Shown: in pieces, positions 16,706 through 25,385 of the stretch
Layout: the number at the start of each line of letters is the position of its first letter
Numbering within the stretch: the first letter of the stretch is position 1
Origin: Promethearchaeota archaeon
GTDB lineage: Archaea > Asgardarchaeota > Lokiarchaeia > Sigyniarchaeales > Promethearchaeaceae
Length of the DNA stretch: 32,000 bases
Direction of reading: 5' to 3'
Assembly (NCBI GenBank): GCA_016933055.1
Contig: JAFGBS010000002.1
Coordinates: 1 to 32,000, forward strand
Notes under the pieces: generated by a model
Told to the model about the DNA's origin: nothing
What the model saw: the letters and a program-made list of their open reading frames with translations, nothing else
The model's database searches: none
Position numbers and translations under genes: made by a program

Positions 16706-18904
16706 GTGTGTGGAATTAGTTGTATTGATTCTGAAACAACCATATTAAATATTGCATTAGCAGGGAATCCAAATGTGGGTAAAAGTGTGGTATTCAATCA
16801 GCTCACTGGATTAAGTCAAGTTGTTGGAAACTGGCCGGGAAAAACCGTAAAAAAAGCCGAAGGCACTGCCCGATTCAGAAATTATCTGTTCCATATTATA
16901 GATTTACCAGGTATCTACTCTTTATCTGCATACACACTAGAAGAAATAATCACTCGAGAATATCTTGTGGAGGAACAACCGGATTACATCATCAATATAA
17001 TAGATTGCAATCATCTCGAGCGAAATTTGTATCTCACCATGCAACTTCTCTTATTAAAGATTCCCATGGTAATTTCTCTGAATCAATATGATATCTTGAA
17101 AAAACGAGGATATGAAATCGATATAGAAAAACTATCGGAATTGTTGGGTGTTCCCGTGGTTCCCTCTATTGCAGTTCACAACCGAGGAATCCATGAATTG
17201 TTAGAGAAAGTTATTGCATTACATGAACACCAGGAAAAAATCACTTTCCGACAGTTCGAATATGGCAAAGAAATTGAATCTAGACTAACGGAATTAATCT
17301 ACGCATTCGAAACTAACTTCCGTGAACATAAATGTCCCGCTCGATTTGCAGCAATCAAATTTCTCGAAAATGATGAAAAATGTATCGAGAGTTTAAATTT
17401 AGAGGAGAAAGAGGGTGAAGAATTGCTAACTCTTGCTGCAAAGAATAGAAACCAATTAGAAGGCTTGCGGGGAGAACAGATATCCACAATTATCAATGCC
17501 GAGGTTTATAAAATTACCAATAATATTGCCCGTAAAGTCGAGACTATAGAAAAACTAACCAGAAAACAGAAATGGTCGGAAATAGTGGATCATGTGACTT
17601 TACATTCCCTCTGGGGATACTTCATCTTAATTGTTGTGCTTTTTGGAACGTATTTTATAGTGTTTCAATTTGGAAATTGGATTTCCGGATTGTTAGATAC
17701 TTTGTTTGAACAATGGAGTCCTGGTGCAGCAGCTGTCTTAGGAGGAGTGGATTCAACCCTATATAAAATTGTGTGGAACGGTCTGTTCGGAAGTTTGATA
17801 GGAGGAGTAGGAGGAGTACTTCCATATGTTCTACCATTCTTCATCGTCATAGAAATCCTTCAAGATATTGGGTATTTACCTCGCGCAGCGTATTTAATGG
17901 ATCATTTCATGCATCGAATTGGGGTTCATGGGAAGGCTATAATCCCTATCATTCTTGGATTTGGATGCAATGTTCCTGCCGTAACTGCAGGCTCGATCCT
18001 AGATACAGAACGAGAAAGAAAGAGATCAATTTTACTGAGCACCATGATTCCGTGCTCTGCTGTTACAACTATTGTCTTAGGTTTGGTTGCACGTTATATG
18101 GGAATTGGATATGCATTCTTGCTGTATCTCGTAAATTTTGCAGCAATAGTCGTCATTGGAAAAATTATAACAATTCTCGATGCATCAATAGAATCAGAAT
18201 TGATTATTGAATTGCATGATTTTCGAGTACCGAATTTTAAAGTGATTGCGAAGCAAACCTGGCACCGAAGTAAGGATTTTGTGATAATCGCCATGCCATT
18301 AATTGTGGGATTAGGAGCAGTAATGCAAATTCTGATAGAACTCAATCTTCTGAATCCCATAAATGTCGCATTATCCCCAATATCAATCTTTCTGGGCTTA
18401 CCAGTGAGCGTGGGAGCGTTTCTATTTTATGGTGTTTTCCGGAAAGAATTAAATCTGGTGTTATTAGAGAATTTTGTGGTGTTTACGCTCGGAATCACGA
18501 TGACAGAGTATCTCTCCCCCATCCAAATGATGGTCTTTACAGTCGTGATAATGCTCTATGTGCCCTGTCTCGCAACATTGGTAACTATACGCAAGGAGAT
18601 AGGACGGAAGTTTATGTTCTTGGTTTTGTTTATTGAGGTTGTGACGGCAATTGTTGTAGGAGGCATGATTCGATGGCTATTTGAGTTACTACGTCTCCTG
18701 GGCATCTTATCGGAAGGCACAGCTATGTTGATTACTTTTGGGGTGTTTTTCTTACTGATTATTCTGGTATTAGTCATTCTCAATTCGTGGAAGAAAAAGG
18801 CAGAGAAAAAACAGAAAGCGGGAAAACAATTTCTCGAATTGAAACATTGTACCAATTCGTGCGCAGATTGTAAAGGAGGCTCGGAGCCGCCTACTGATAA
18901 GTAA
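16706..18904 (+). CDS. feoB: Ferrous iron transport protein B with an extra C-terminal TM helix and Cys-rich tail
   Basis: G1 GNPNVGKS, G2 NWPGKTV, G3 DLPG and G4 NQYD. Gate motifs GFGCNVPA, IPCS and LYVPCLAT. C-terminal CTNSCADC. Confidence 0.95.
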   Translation: MCGISCIDSETTILNIALAGNPNVGKSVVFNQLTGLSQVVGNWPGKTVKKAEGTARFRNYLFHIIDLPGIYSLSAYTLEEIITREYLVEEQPDYIINIIDCNHLERNLYLTMQLLLLKIPMVISLNQYDILKKRGYEIDIEKLSELLGVPVVPSIAVHNRGIHELLEKVIALHEHQEKITFRQFEYGKEIESRLTELIYAFETNFREHKCPARFAAIKFLENDEKCIESLNLEEKEGEELLTLAAKNRNQLEGLRGEQISTIINAEVYKITNNIARKVETIEKLTRKQKWSEIVDHVTLHSLWGYFILIVVLFGTYFIVFQFGNWISGLLDTLFEQWSPGAAAVLGGVDSTLYKIVWNGLFGSLIGGVGGVLPYVLPFFIVIEILQDIGYLPRAAYLMDHFMHRIGVHGKAIIPIILGFGCNVPAVTAGSILDTERERKRSILLSTMIPCSAVTTIVLGLVARYMGIGYAFLLYLVNFAAIVVIGKIITILDASIESELIIELHDFRVPNFKVIAKQTWHRSKDFVIIAMPLIVGLGAVMQILIELNLLNPINVALSPISIFLGLPVSVGAFLFYGVFRKELNLVLLENFVVFTLGITMTEYLSPIQMMVFTVVIMLYVPCLATLVTIRKEIGRKFMFLVLFIEVVTAIVVGGMIRWLFELLRLLGILSEGTAMLITFGVFFLLIILVLVILNSWKKKAEKKQKAGKQFLELKHCTNSCADCKGGSEPPTDK

Positions 18905-19082
18905 AGAAGCTTTTTGAAAATAGGATTTCGGGGATATTTGCAATCTCTAATTTTTCAAAGAAGCACAAAACTAATTCTATTCTCTTCTATATGCCGTATT
19001 CCAATCCCATAATAATTGGAATCTGAATCGCTTAAATAGAAACCATTCATCTTAATCATCACTGTAAAAAGTGTGATACACC

Positions 19083-20153
19083 ATGGAAAGATCCTCTGAA
19101 AATAATGTATATGATGAAATTCTAAGAGAACTGGAAAACTCATTCAAAGAGGGTAAAATTGATGAGGATTCCTATCATGATTTAAAACAGCAGTATTCCA
19201 AACAGATGGAAGAACAACGTACATTTTCCAGAGACAAAATGAATAATATGGACATGTTTGGGAATATTAAAGTATTAGGTAGTCAAACAGTTACTCCGGA
19301 TGAGATTAATATCGCCGGATCTGCACGTTTACCTGGTGGAAGTATAAGAAAAAGCCTACGAGTATCGGGGTCATGCAAAATTCTTGACCAAATCGAATTA
19401 AACGGTATACGTTGTTCGGGCTGGGTTCGTAGTGCTGGTTCCATCCAGAGTCATGGAGATGTTCATGTCTCGGGTGCGTTAAAAGCCGATGGAAGTGTCT
19501 CTGTGTTAGGAAATATGGAAGTGTCGGGTTCCGCTAAAGCTAACGGAGATATCATCTCTACCGGATTGATTAAAGTTTCGGGATCCATGAAAGTCCAAGG
19601 CAGTGTGAATGGTAAAAAGGGTGTGTGGGTCTCGGGAAGAAGCAAGACCGAGGGAAGCTTATATTCAGACGCTGACGTGGTAATTAAGGGATTAGTGAAA
19701 GTTGAGGGAAACGTTATTGCAGAACACGTGAAATTTAAAGTACCGAATGATGTCCAACGACTATTTAGGCGACTATGGTGTTCTCACGTGGAGGGTAACA
19801 TTCTTGGACGGGAACTAGTGGATATTGAAAATATTCATGTTGGAGGACATGTCCGTGGTAGAGTGGTTAAAATCGGGAAGAATAGCAAAATTGACGGAAA
19901 AATCCAATATGTGGATGAAATTTTTATAGCAGAAGATGTGAAACTTGAAAAACGACCCATTAGAATTACAAGTCTTGATTTAGGTGTACCAGATAGATCT
20001 CACGATGCTCGACATGATAGATTTGATAATACCTCTGAATCCGTATCTCAACCCCTAACACCGAAGTTTTGCCCGAAATGCGGTCAGGAAGTGGGGGAGG
20101 GAAAGAAATTCTGCCCTGCATGCGGGTCCTCGCTCTTAGGTAATAATTACTGA
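19083..20153 (+). CDS. Bactofilin-like (polymer-forming cytoskeletal, YhbE/YhbF-type) beta-solenoid protein with an N-terminal SHOCT-like motif and a C-terminal double zinc ribbon
   Basis: ILRELENSFKEGKIDEDSYHDLKQQY is SHOCT-like. There are ~18-aa periodic G.x.VSG.....G.(V/I) repeats, then VRGRVVKIGKNSKIDGKIQY, and FCPKCG...KKFCPACG. Confidence 0.72.
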   Translation: MERSSENNVYDEILRELENSFKEGKIDEDSYHDLKQQYSKQMEEQRTFSRDKMNNMDMFGNIKVLGSQTVTPDEINIAGSARLPGGSIRKSLRVSGSCKILDQIELNGIRCSGWVRSAGSIQSHGDVHVSGALKADGSVSVLGNMEVSGSAKANGDIISTGLIKVSGSMKVQGSVNGKKGVWVSGRSKTEGSLYSDADVVIKGLVKVEGNVIAEHVKFKVPNDVQRLFRRLWCSHVEGNILGRELVDIENIHVGGHVRGRVVKIGKNSKIDGKIQYVDEIFIAEDVKLEKRPIRITSLDLGVPDRSHDARHDRFDNTSESVSQPLTPKFCPKCGQEVGEGKKFCPACGSSLLGNNY

Positions 20154-20481
20154 AATAGATAGCTATTATCTGGAGGGCAATGCCAGAGACATCTAATCAC
20201 TCAATCAGTATTCTTACATACCCATCTTTGCGGATTTTTTATTTTCTTGACTCATTTTTTACCAAATTAAGGATTTTTTTTATGGAACCTCAAGCTGGAG
20301 TGTTTCAATGGGATATTGATTCGAAAATTACAGTTCCCGAAATTTTGGTATGCAATATGCTAATTTAAGAGGACGACTATCCATTCTTATTCTAATCCAT
20401 GAAAAAATTGCGTTTTACCAAAGAAAAAAATTTCGTGGAGACACTAACAGAACGATTTAAAAAAGAGTTGAATTCATAAAT

Positions 20482-21396
20482 ATGTCTATGAACCCCCCCC
20501 AGAGTGATGAAAAAGTAAAAAAATCGAGGTTAAAGTGGTATGAACAACTGGGCTTGTTTTTTTTATTTTCTCTCTGTGGAATTCTTGCACTTGGACCAAT
20601 ACAATGGGGTAATATCACACTCCCCGATCCATGGATATATCCATACAAAATCGTATTACCTTTTGTATTTTTACTAATTTCCCTTGTATTGAGACGAAAG
20701 ACCAATCTAGAACCCTATTTCAAGATATTTTTCATGTTTTTCACTGCTACATCTGCATTGTTGATAGTAAAGCTGGTTTTTTTATTAATTAATAGCTTGG
20801 ATGCTTTTTTTACTATCCCAACTAATACGGAATGGGGTTTTTCAACGGTAAAATTTATTGAAATGTTTGTAATCGTCAGTTCTGTGATATTAATCAACCT
20901 AATTGCCCAAAGAACGGAACATAAAAGAAAGATCTTTGAAGAGCTTTACATGAAAAAGGGAAAGTTATATCTAGGATTAATAATCGGATTTAGCGGTTTT
21001 TTTGTGTTTGCAATAGGGGCGGTGTTTATTGCGAAATATCTGTTTTATGGAAGTGCTCTCACGTGGTCTGCTGTGTTCACATGGCTTCCATGGATTTTAT
21101 TATTCTGTTTTTCAAATGGGATCTTGGAAGAAGTTCTTTATCGGGGTCTATTCTTGACAAGATATGAACCTTTTTTTAATTTCCATGTGTACAACCTCTT
21201 GCAAGCTATTATATTTGCTTCCATTCACATTGGGGTGATCTATACTTCAGAAAGTCTTATGTTTTTGGGAATTACTTTCCTGTTAGGACTCTTATTTGGA
21301 TTACTCACAAAAAAAACGGATAGCCTCCTTGCATCCATTCTTTTTCATGCGGGAACGGATTTTGTGGTGATAATCGGAATTTTCGTGAACCTGTAA
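20482..21396 (+). CDS. CPBP family intramembrane glutamic endopeptidase (CAAX protease/Abi)
   Basis: Motif 1 ILEEVLYRG, motif 2 IFASIH, motif 4 SILFHAGTD. Multiple TM segments. Confidence 0.9.
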   Translation: MSMNPPQSDEKVKKSRLKWYEQLGLFFLFSLCGILALGPIQWGNITLPDPWIYPYKIVLPFVFLLISLVLRRKTNLEPYFKIFFMFFTATSALLIVKLVFLLINSLDAFFTIPTNTEWGFSTVKFIEMFVIVSSVILINLIAQRTEHKRKIFEELYMKKGKLYLGLIIGFSGFFVFAIGAVFIAKYLFYGSALTWSAVFTWLPWILLFCFSNGILEEVLYRGLFLTRYEPFFNFHVYNLLQAIIFASIHIGVIYTSESLMFLGITFLLGLLFGLLTKKTDSLLASILFHAGTDFVVIIGIFVNL

Positions 21397-21515
21397 TAAT
21401 AAAAAACACTTAATTGTCCCTTTTTTAACAGGAAATTGAAAATTAACCCTTTTTTCCCTCTCTTTCATTTTTTTCTTTCCCTTTTTCTCGTTTCTTTCCT
21501 TCTTCGGATACACTT

Positions 21516-21983
21516 TTGCCTTTAAATACGGTTAGTTCAGTCTTCCATTTCGTTGTAAAATGGCATCAAATAAAGATCGAAAATATAGCATCGTTGTATG
21601 CAGAAGAAATCAATCTGGTCACATTTGGAGTCCAAAAGCGAATTAAACTAGATTCAGAAAGTGATACAGCAAAAATTGTAACTTTGTTTAAAAATCAACC
21701 GAATTTATCTATAGAAGAAGCACGTGCAAGAGCCAGAATTTGGATCGATGAAGGAAAAATGACAATGAAAAAGGGAAGCGTCCATAATGTGGTTAATCAA
21801 GCATATGAACATTTTATAAAAGGAGATATTCTAAATTTGAACGATAAGATACTAAGAGCTCTCAGTAAGTTATCTAATGAAGAACGCCAAAAACTAACTG
21901 CAGTGGATTTGAAAAAGGATCCTGAATTCTCAAAATATAATTTAGATACATTGGATACGTATCTCAGAAAGCATAGAATATAA
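21516..21983 (+). CDS. Hypothetical protein, true start unresolved (possibly frameshifted)
   Basis: A 155-codon ORF with a helical, charged C-terminus. It starts at a weak TTG that overlaps a TATA box. The nearest ATG (21560) is in another frame. Confidence 0.45.
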   Translation: MPLNTVSSVFHFVVKWHQIKIENIASLYAEEINLVTFGVQKRIKLDSESDTAKIVTLFKNQPNLSIEEARARARIWIDEGKMTMKKGSVHNVVNQAYEHFIKGDILNLNDKILRALSKLSNEERQKLTAVDLKKDPEFSKYNLDTLDTYLRKHRI

Positions 21984-22058
21984 AATTGATGACTTTTTCT
22001 TTAATTTCAAAGACATTTTCTGCAGAATTAGAAAATAAGAGACAATGTTTGTCCTATT

Positions 22059-22484
22059 TTACTTCAGCGGTACATATTGACTGGACTTTGTTGCACCAAT
22101 CCCCGGAGACCCATGGGTAACGGGTTTTGGGGTGGTAGGTGCAAATTGACCGAGATAATGCCCAATGTGTTCAGGAGTTACCTTCACCGGGATGAAATCT
22201 TTCCCGTTGTAGACCCCAATGGTGAGACCGATGAATTCGGGGAAGATAGGTAAGTCACGACAGTGGGTTCGGACGATGAGTTCTTTTCCTGCACGAGCGG
22301 CGCGATGAGCTTTACGGAGTTTTTCAATTACTTTCTTGTGTCTTTTGGGGAGTCCTCGCTTGAGTGAGCGTCGCATACGTGCCGGTACGAGTTGGATGAA
22401 CTCGTCCATGGACATTTTCTGCAATTCTTTGAGCGTTTTACCCCGGTAGGTAAATTTCTTTCGTTCAAATTCGTCTGTAGACAT
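22059..22484 (-). CDS. rps19p: 30S ribosomal protein uS19 (archaeal S19P / eukaryotic S15 type)
   Basis: [50 protein letters not shown] and [18 protein letters not shown]. Confidence 0.97.
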   Translation of the reverse strand: MSTDEFERKKFTYRGKTLKELQKMSMDEFIQLVPARMRRSLKRGLPKRHKKVIEKLRKAHRAARAGKELIVRTHCRDLPIFPEFIGLTIGVYNGKDFIPVKVTPEHIGHYLGQFAPTTPKPVTHGSPGIGATKSSQYVPLK

Positions 22485-22616
22485 GTGATACTACCCTAAA
22501 GTGTGTTTCGATGCGTTGCAGCGCCGTTAACTTTTCGAGCCAACTTTCCCACTGCACGCTGGGATGGTCTTGTTGTGTGAAAGGTAGGATAAAAAATTTG
22601 TCGTTCTCGGCCAGAA

Positions 22617-22624
22617 TATTTAAA
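22617..22624 (-). promoter_or_regulatory. TATA box (TTTAAATA) of the rps19 promoter
   Basis: Minus-strand TTTAAATA about 132 nt upstream of the rps19 ATG. It is the best TATA match near the gene and implies a ~110-nt 5' leader. Confidence 0.55.
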
Positions 22625-23230
22625 CCGATTATTACTCAAAGAAATTTGATTGTGAGCACGATATGGATAGTCGAATTATAAGACTCTAACTTAGATAAAA
22701 GAGTGAGTATCATTATTAAATTTCACATAGATTCAGGGGAAATCAAGTTCCCATACGAAATACTTCTTTGATTTGGATTTCCTATTCGAGGTATGATTGT
22801 TACTTAAGGGTGTTCTTCCCCGCATAGTGATGTAAATCATATCATCTGGGGCTTGGCTGATCTTTGTATTGTGTGCACGATCAAGATATTATCTTGTGGA
22901 AAGTCAATAATACCGTACATCCTGGAGAAAACGATATTGAGTGAATTTTTCTGCTTCATTGCAAATGCGATGTCCAAAAATTCTTAGTTATTGTCAATAG
23001 TTACATCTTATCTAACATTCGGGATGAAAAGATTTCAGAATTACGATTTTGTATAATTTTTTCCAGGTAATAATTTCCTTTATTCCGATTTCTAAACGTG
23101 ATAAAAAACGGGACGCGTATCAATATACTTATCTCAGAACGTAATATTTTAATTGTTGTCAATACATTACTATTAATGTAAATCTGTGATCAGTTCTACG
23201 CACATCTTTTGCTCATAGAGGACATAAGGG

Positions 23231-24559
23231 GTGAATATGACTAGATTGACAACAAATCGTGCGAATCTGATGTTAATGATAGTACTAACAGTTGGTACTG
23301 GGGTTTACATTGACACAAAAACCTTCCTAATCTCTGAAGAAACACCAAATATTCCTGATTCTGGTAGTAACTGGAATAGGTTTGGTATCATTGAAAATTC
23401 GTATCTGATCTCGAATCTCTATGGAGAAACTGAATATCTTTATACATCAGGTTGGTCTAACGTCCGGAATATCAGCATTACTAAATGGCATACAAGTGGA
23501 AGGAAAATTTGGGAAAAAACTTGGAATGACACAGAATTTATGTCTGGTTTTTGGGTGACAGATAAGTATATAGTTTGGTCAGGATTTCGGGGTCCAAGCA
23601 CAGATTTAGGTTTGAATTATATATGTGTGTTATACAAAAATGGGACAATTACATGGGAACGATCATGGCTTTCTGACTCATATTACGACATCCTCCAGGA
23701 CATATGGGGGGATAAAGAAAGTATATTTATAGGGGGTATAACCTACCGGAATGAATGTTCTTCTGAGAATGAAGTTATACTGATGAAATGGAATTTAGCA
23801 AACGAATCATTAGAATGGAGACAGAAATGGAATACCACAGTATTTAATGATAATGTAAAAATATGGGGAGATGCTGATTACGTTTATGTTACTGGGGATA
23901 AGGATAAAAAGGGATTTATCACAAAATGGACGGAAAATGGAAGTCTAGTATGGAATCAAACTGTATATTTCTCCAGCAAAAATGTGTATATGGGGGGATG
24001 TGATGATGTATGGGGGGATGAGGAGGGTTTGTACACGGTTCATGGCGAACACCGTTTGAAACCTTACCCAATGGGTTGTCAAATCTATCTCCATGCCATA
24101 ATTGTTTGTAAGTGGAATAAGGAAGGACAACAACTTTGGAATCATACAACATTTTTTGAACATAATTATGATGACTATTATTGCTCACTTGGTTCTTTAC
24201 CACTCCGAATATCGGGGAATTCACTGAATATATTCGCTTTAGTTCTCCTTAGGGGGGATTTAACGTTATATATGTTCAATAAAGAGGGAAAGTTGCTATG
24301 GGATCCCACGCATGTTACAAACGAATATCGGTATAGAGTCATATCTTTATGGGGACATGATAAAGACCTTTATATTGGAATAGATTGTTTTTTAATTAAA
24401 TGGAAGAATGTATCGTTTGAACCTAATATTCCTCTGGTAATTATTTTTTCATCAGGAGGGGTCGTCGTAGTAATTGTTATTTCGTGGATACTTATAAAGT
24501 CGATGAAATCGATGAAAAAACCTAAAAACGAAAAAATTACGAATTTCATTGCGAGTTAA
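23231..24559 (+). CDS. Extracellular beta-propeller repeat protein with an N-terminal hydrophobic segment and a C-terminal TM anchor
   Basis: About 6 repeats of (L/I)xKW...G..(I/L)W..TW: ITKWHTSGRKIWEKTW, LMKWNLANESLEWRQKW, ITKWTENGSLVWNQT, VCKWNKEGQQLWNHT and others. TM IPLVIIFSSGGVVVVIVISWILI followed by K-rich tail. Start is GTG 23231 or ATG 23237. Confidence 0.72.
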   Translation: MNMTRLTTNRANLMLMIVLTVGTGVYIDTKTFLISEETPNIPDSGSNWNRFGIIENSYLISNLYGETEYLYTSGWSNVRNISITKWHTSGRKIWEKTWNDTEFMSGFWVTDKYIVWSGFRGPSTDLGLNYICVLYKNGTITWERSWLSDSYYDILQDIWGDKESIFIGGITYRNECSSENEVILMKWNLANESLEWRQKWNTTVFNDNVKIWGDADYVYVTGDKDKKGFITKWTENGSLVWNQTVYFSSKNVYMGGCDDVWGDEEGLYTVHGEHRLKPYPMGCQIYLHAIIVCKWNKEGQQLWNHTTFFEHNYDDYYCSLGSLPLRISGNSLNIFALVLLRGDLTLYMFNKEGKLLWDPTHVTNEYRYRVISLWGHDKDLYIGIDCFLIKWKNVSFEPNIPLVIIFSSGGVVVVIVISWILIKSMKSMKKPKNEKITNFIAS

Positions 24560-24773
24560 ACTCATCGAGATTTGTTAATAATAGCATTAGATGTAACATC
24601 AAAAAAAATGGTATAAAGTCATTTGCTTGAATACTAAGATCGAACTGTCTAAAAAAAAAAAGAAATCACCCAGTTTATGATATTTATCTCTATGGAGTGA
24701 TAGGATCAGTTTTGAGGAAAGCTAGGATCTCATTTAGGTGTTCAAATCAAGATAAAAACAAAAAAGGGAGAAT

Positions 24774-25385
24774 TTAGGCTTCCTTGACGTATTCTAGCAC
24801 AAATTGGTTATAACTTTGCGACGAGCTAATGTAAGTTTCATCTGTGATCCCCCAATTTAAACAAGTAAAATGAAAATGATCATTCCCGTCACTATATACA
24901 TACGTATAAGTATCTACAAGATAAGTTATGTGAGGAGGCAAATATATTTGTTCGAGTGCATATTCATACGACTCATTTTTAACGATTAAAAAAGAATAAC
25001 CGCATCCCGTGGTACTTATGAGATCCCTCCATAAAAATCGAATGTTGATACGATACCATCCCGGTTTAATTAACGTGAGATTATACCCCTGATCCAGCGT
25101 AAAGAACTCACTTTCATTGACAACATTTTCGCTAAAATTCAAATTAAAAATCGTTGATGGACCTCCCTCTATAGTTTCCCACACCCCAATTAAATTATTG
25201 AGAGTCCCATTTATTCCATCTAGGCCATCCACTCCATCGGTACCATCAGTGCCATCAGCACCAGGATCTCCTTGTGGACCCTCTACAACTTGAAATCTTA
25301 GGACGGAAAACACCCCGATCCCTAATCCTGATGCGCCTATTATTAGTGAAATTATGACGAGCGCATTTATTTTTCCATTTGACAT
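24774..25385 (-). CDS. Type II membrane collagen-like protein with a C-terminal C1q/TNF-like beta-sandwich
   Basis: ATG 25385 has GAGGT 8 nt upstream. TM ALVIISLIIGASGLGIGVFSVL, then 9 Gly-X-Y triplets, then a beta-rich domain containing LTLIKPGWYRINIRF. Confidence 0.72.
   Translation of the reverse strand: MSNGKINALVIISLIIGASGLGIGVFSVLRFQVVEGPQGDPGADGTDGTDGVDGLDGINGTLNNLIGVWETIEGGPSTIFNLNFSENVVNESEFFTLDQGYNLTLIKPGWYRINIRFLWRDLISTTGCGYSFLIVKNESYEYALEQIYLPPHITYLVDTYTYVYSDGNDHFHFTCLNWGITDETYISSSQSYNQFVLEYVKEA
25200..25280 (-). repeat. Collagen-like (Gly-X-Y)9 coding repeat
   Basis: GPQ GDP GAD GTD GTD GVD GLD GIN GTL. Confidence 0.9.

Noticed and set aside
18905-18960. Imperfect inverted repeat (TTTGAAAA...TTTTCAAA) after feoB as a mobile element end
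   Set aside because: Short, AT-only and imperfect. It is adequately explained as a terminator-region hairpin or chance.
20180-20368. 62-aa ORF or possible IS remnant after the bactofilin-like gene
   Set aside because: No recognisable motif in any frame, and no terminal inverted repeats or target duplication seen.
9233-21396. ICMT-like gene plus CAAX/CPBP protease as a eukaryote-like prenyl-processing pathway
   Set aside because: They are 11 kb apart with unrelated genes between them, the ICMT copy is broken, and both families are widespread in prokaryotes.
22494-22595. Short open frame upstream of rps19 (…RAVGKLARKVNGAATHRNTL*) as a remnant of the uL2 C-terminus or a leader peptide
   Set aside because: The resemblance to L2 (PPGRKVG..AARRTG) is too weak, and there is no convincing start or RBS.
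22640-23230. ~600-bp intergenic region as host for an ncRNA or small gene
   Set aside because: AT-rich, with no tRNA cloverleaf, no C/D box pair, no long stem and no ORF with recognisable features that I could find by eye. A covariance-model scan could still find something.
24740-24748. GTTCAAATC as a tRNA T-loop
   Set aside because: The flanks do not form a T-stem or acceptor stem, and there is no D-arm upstream.
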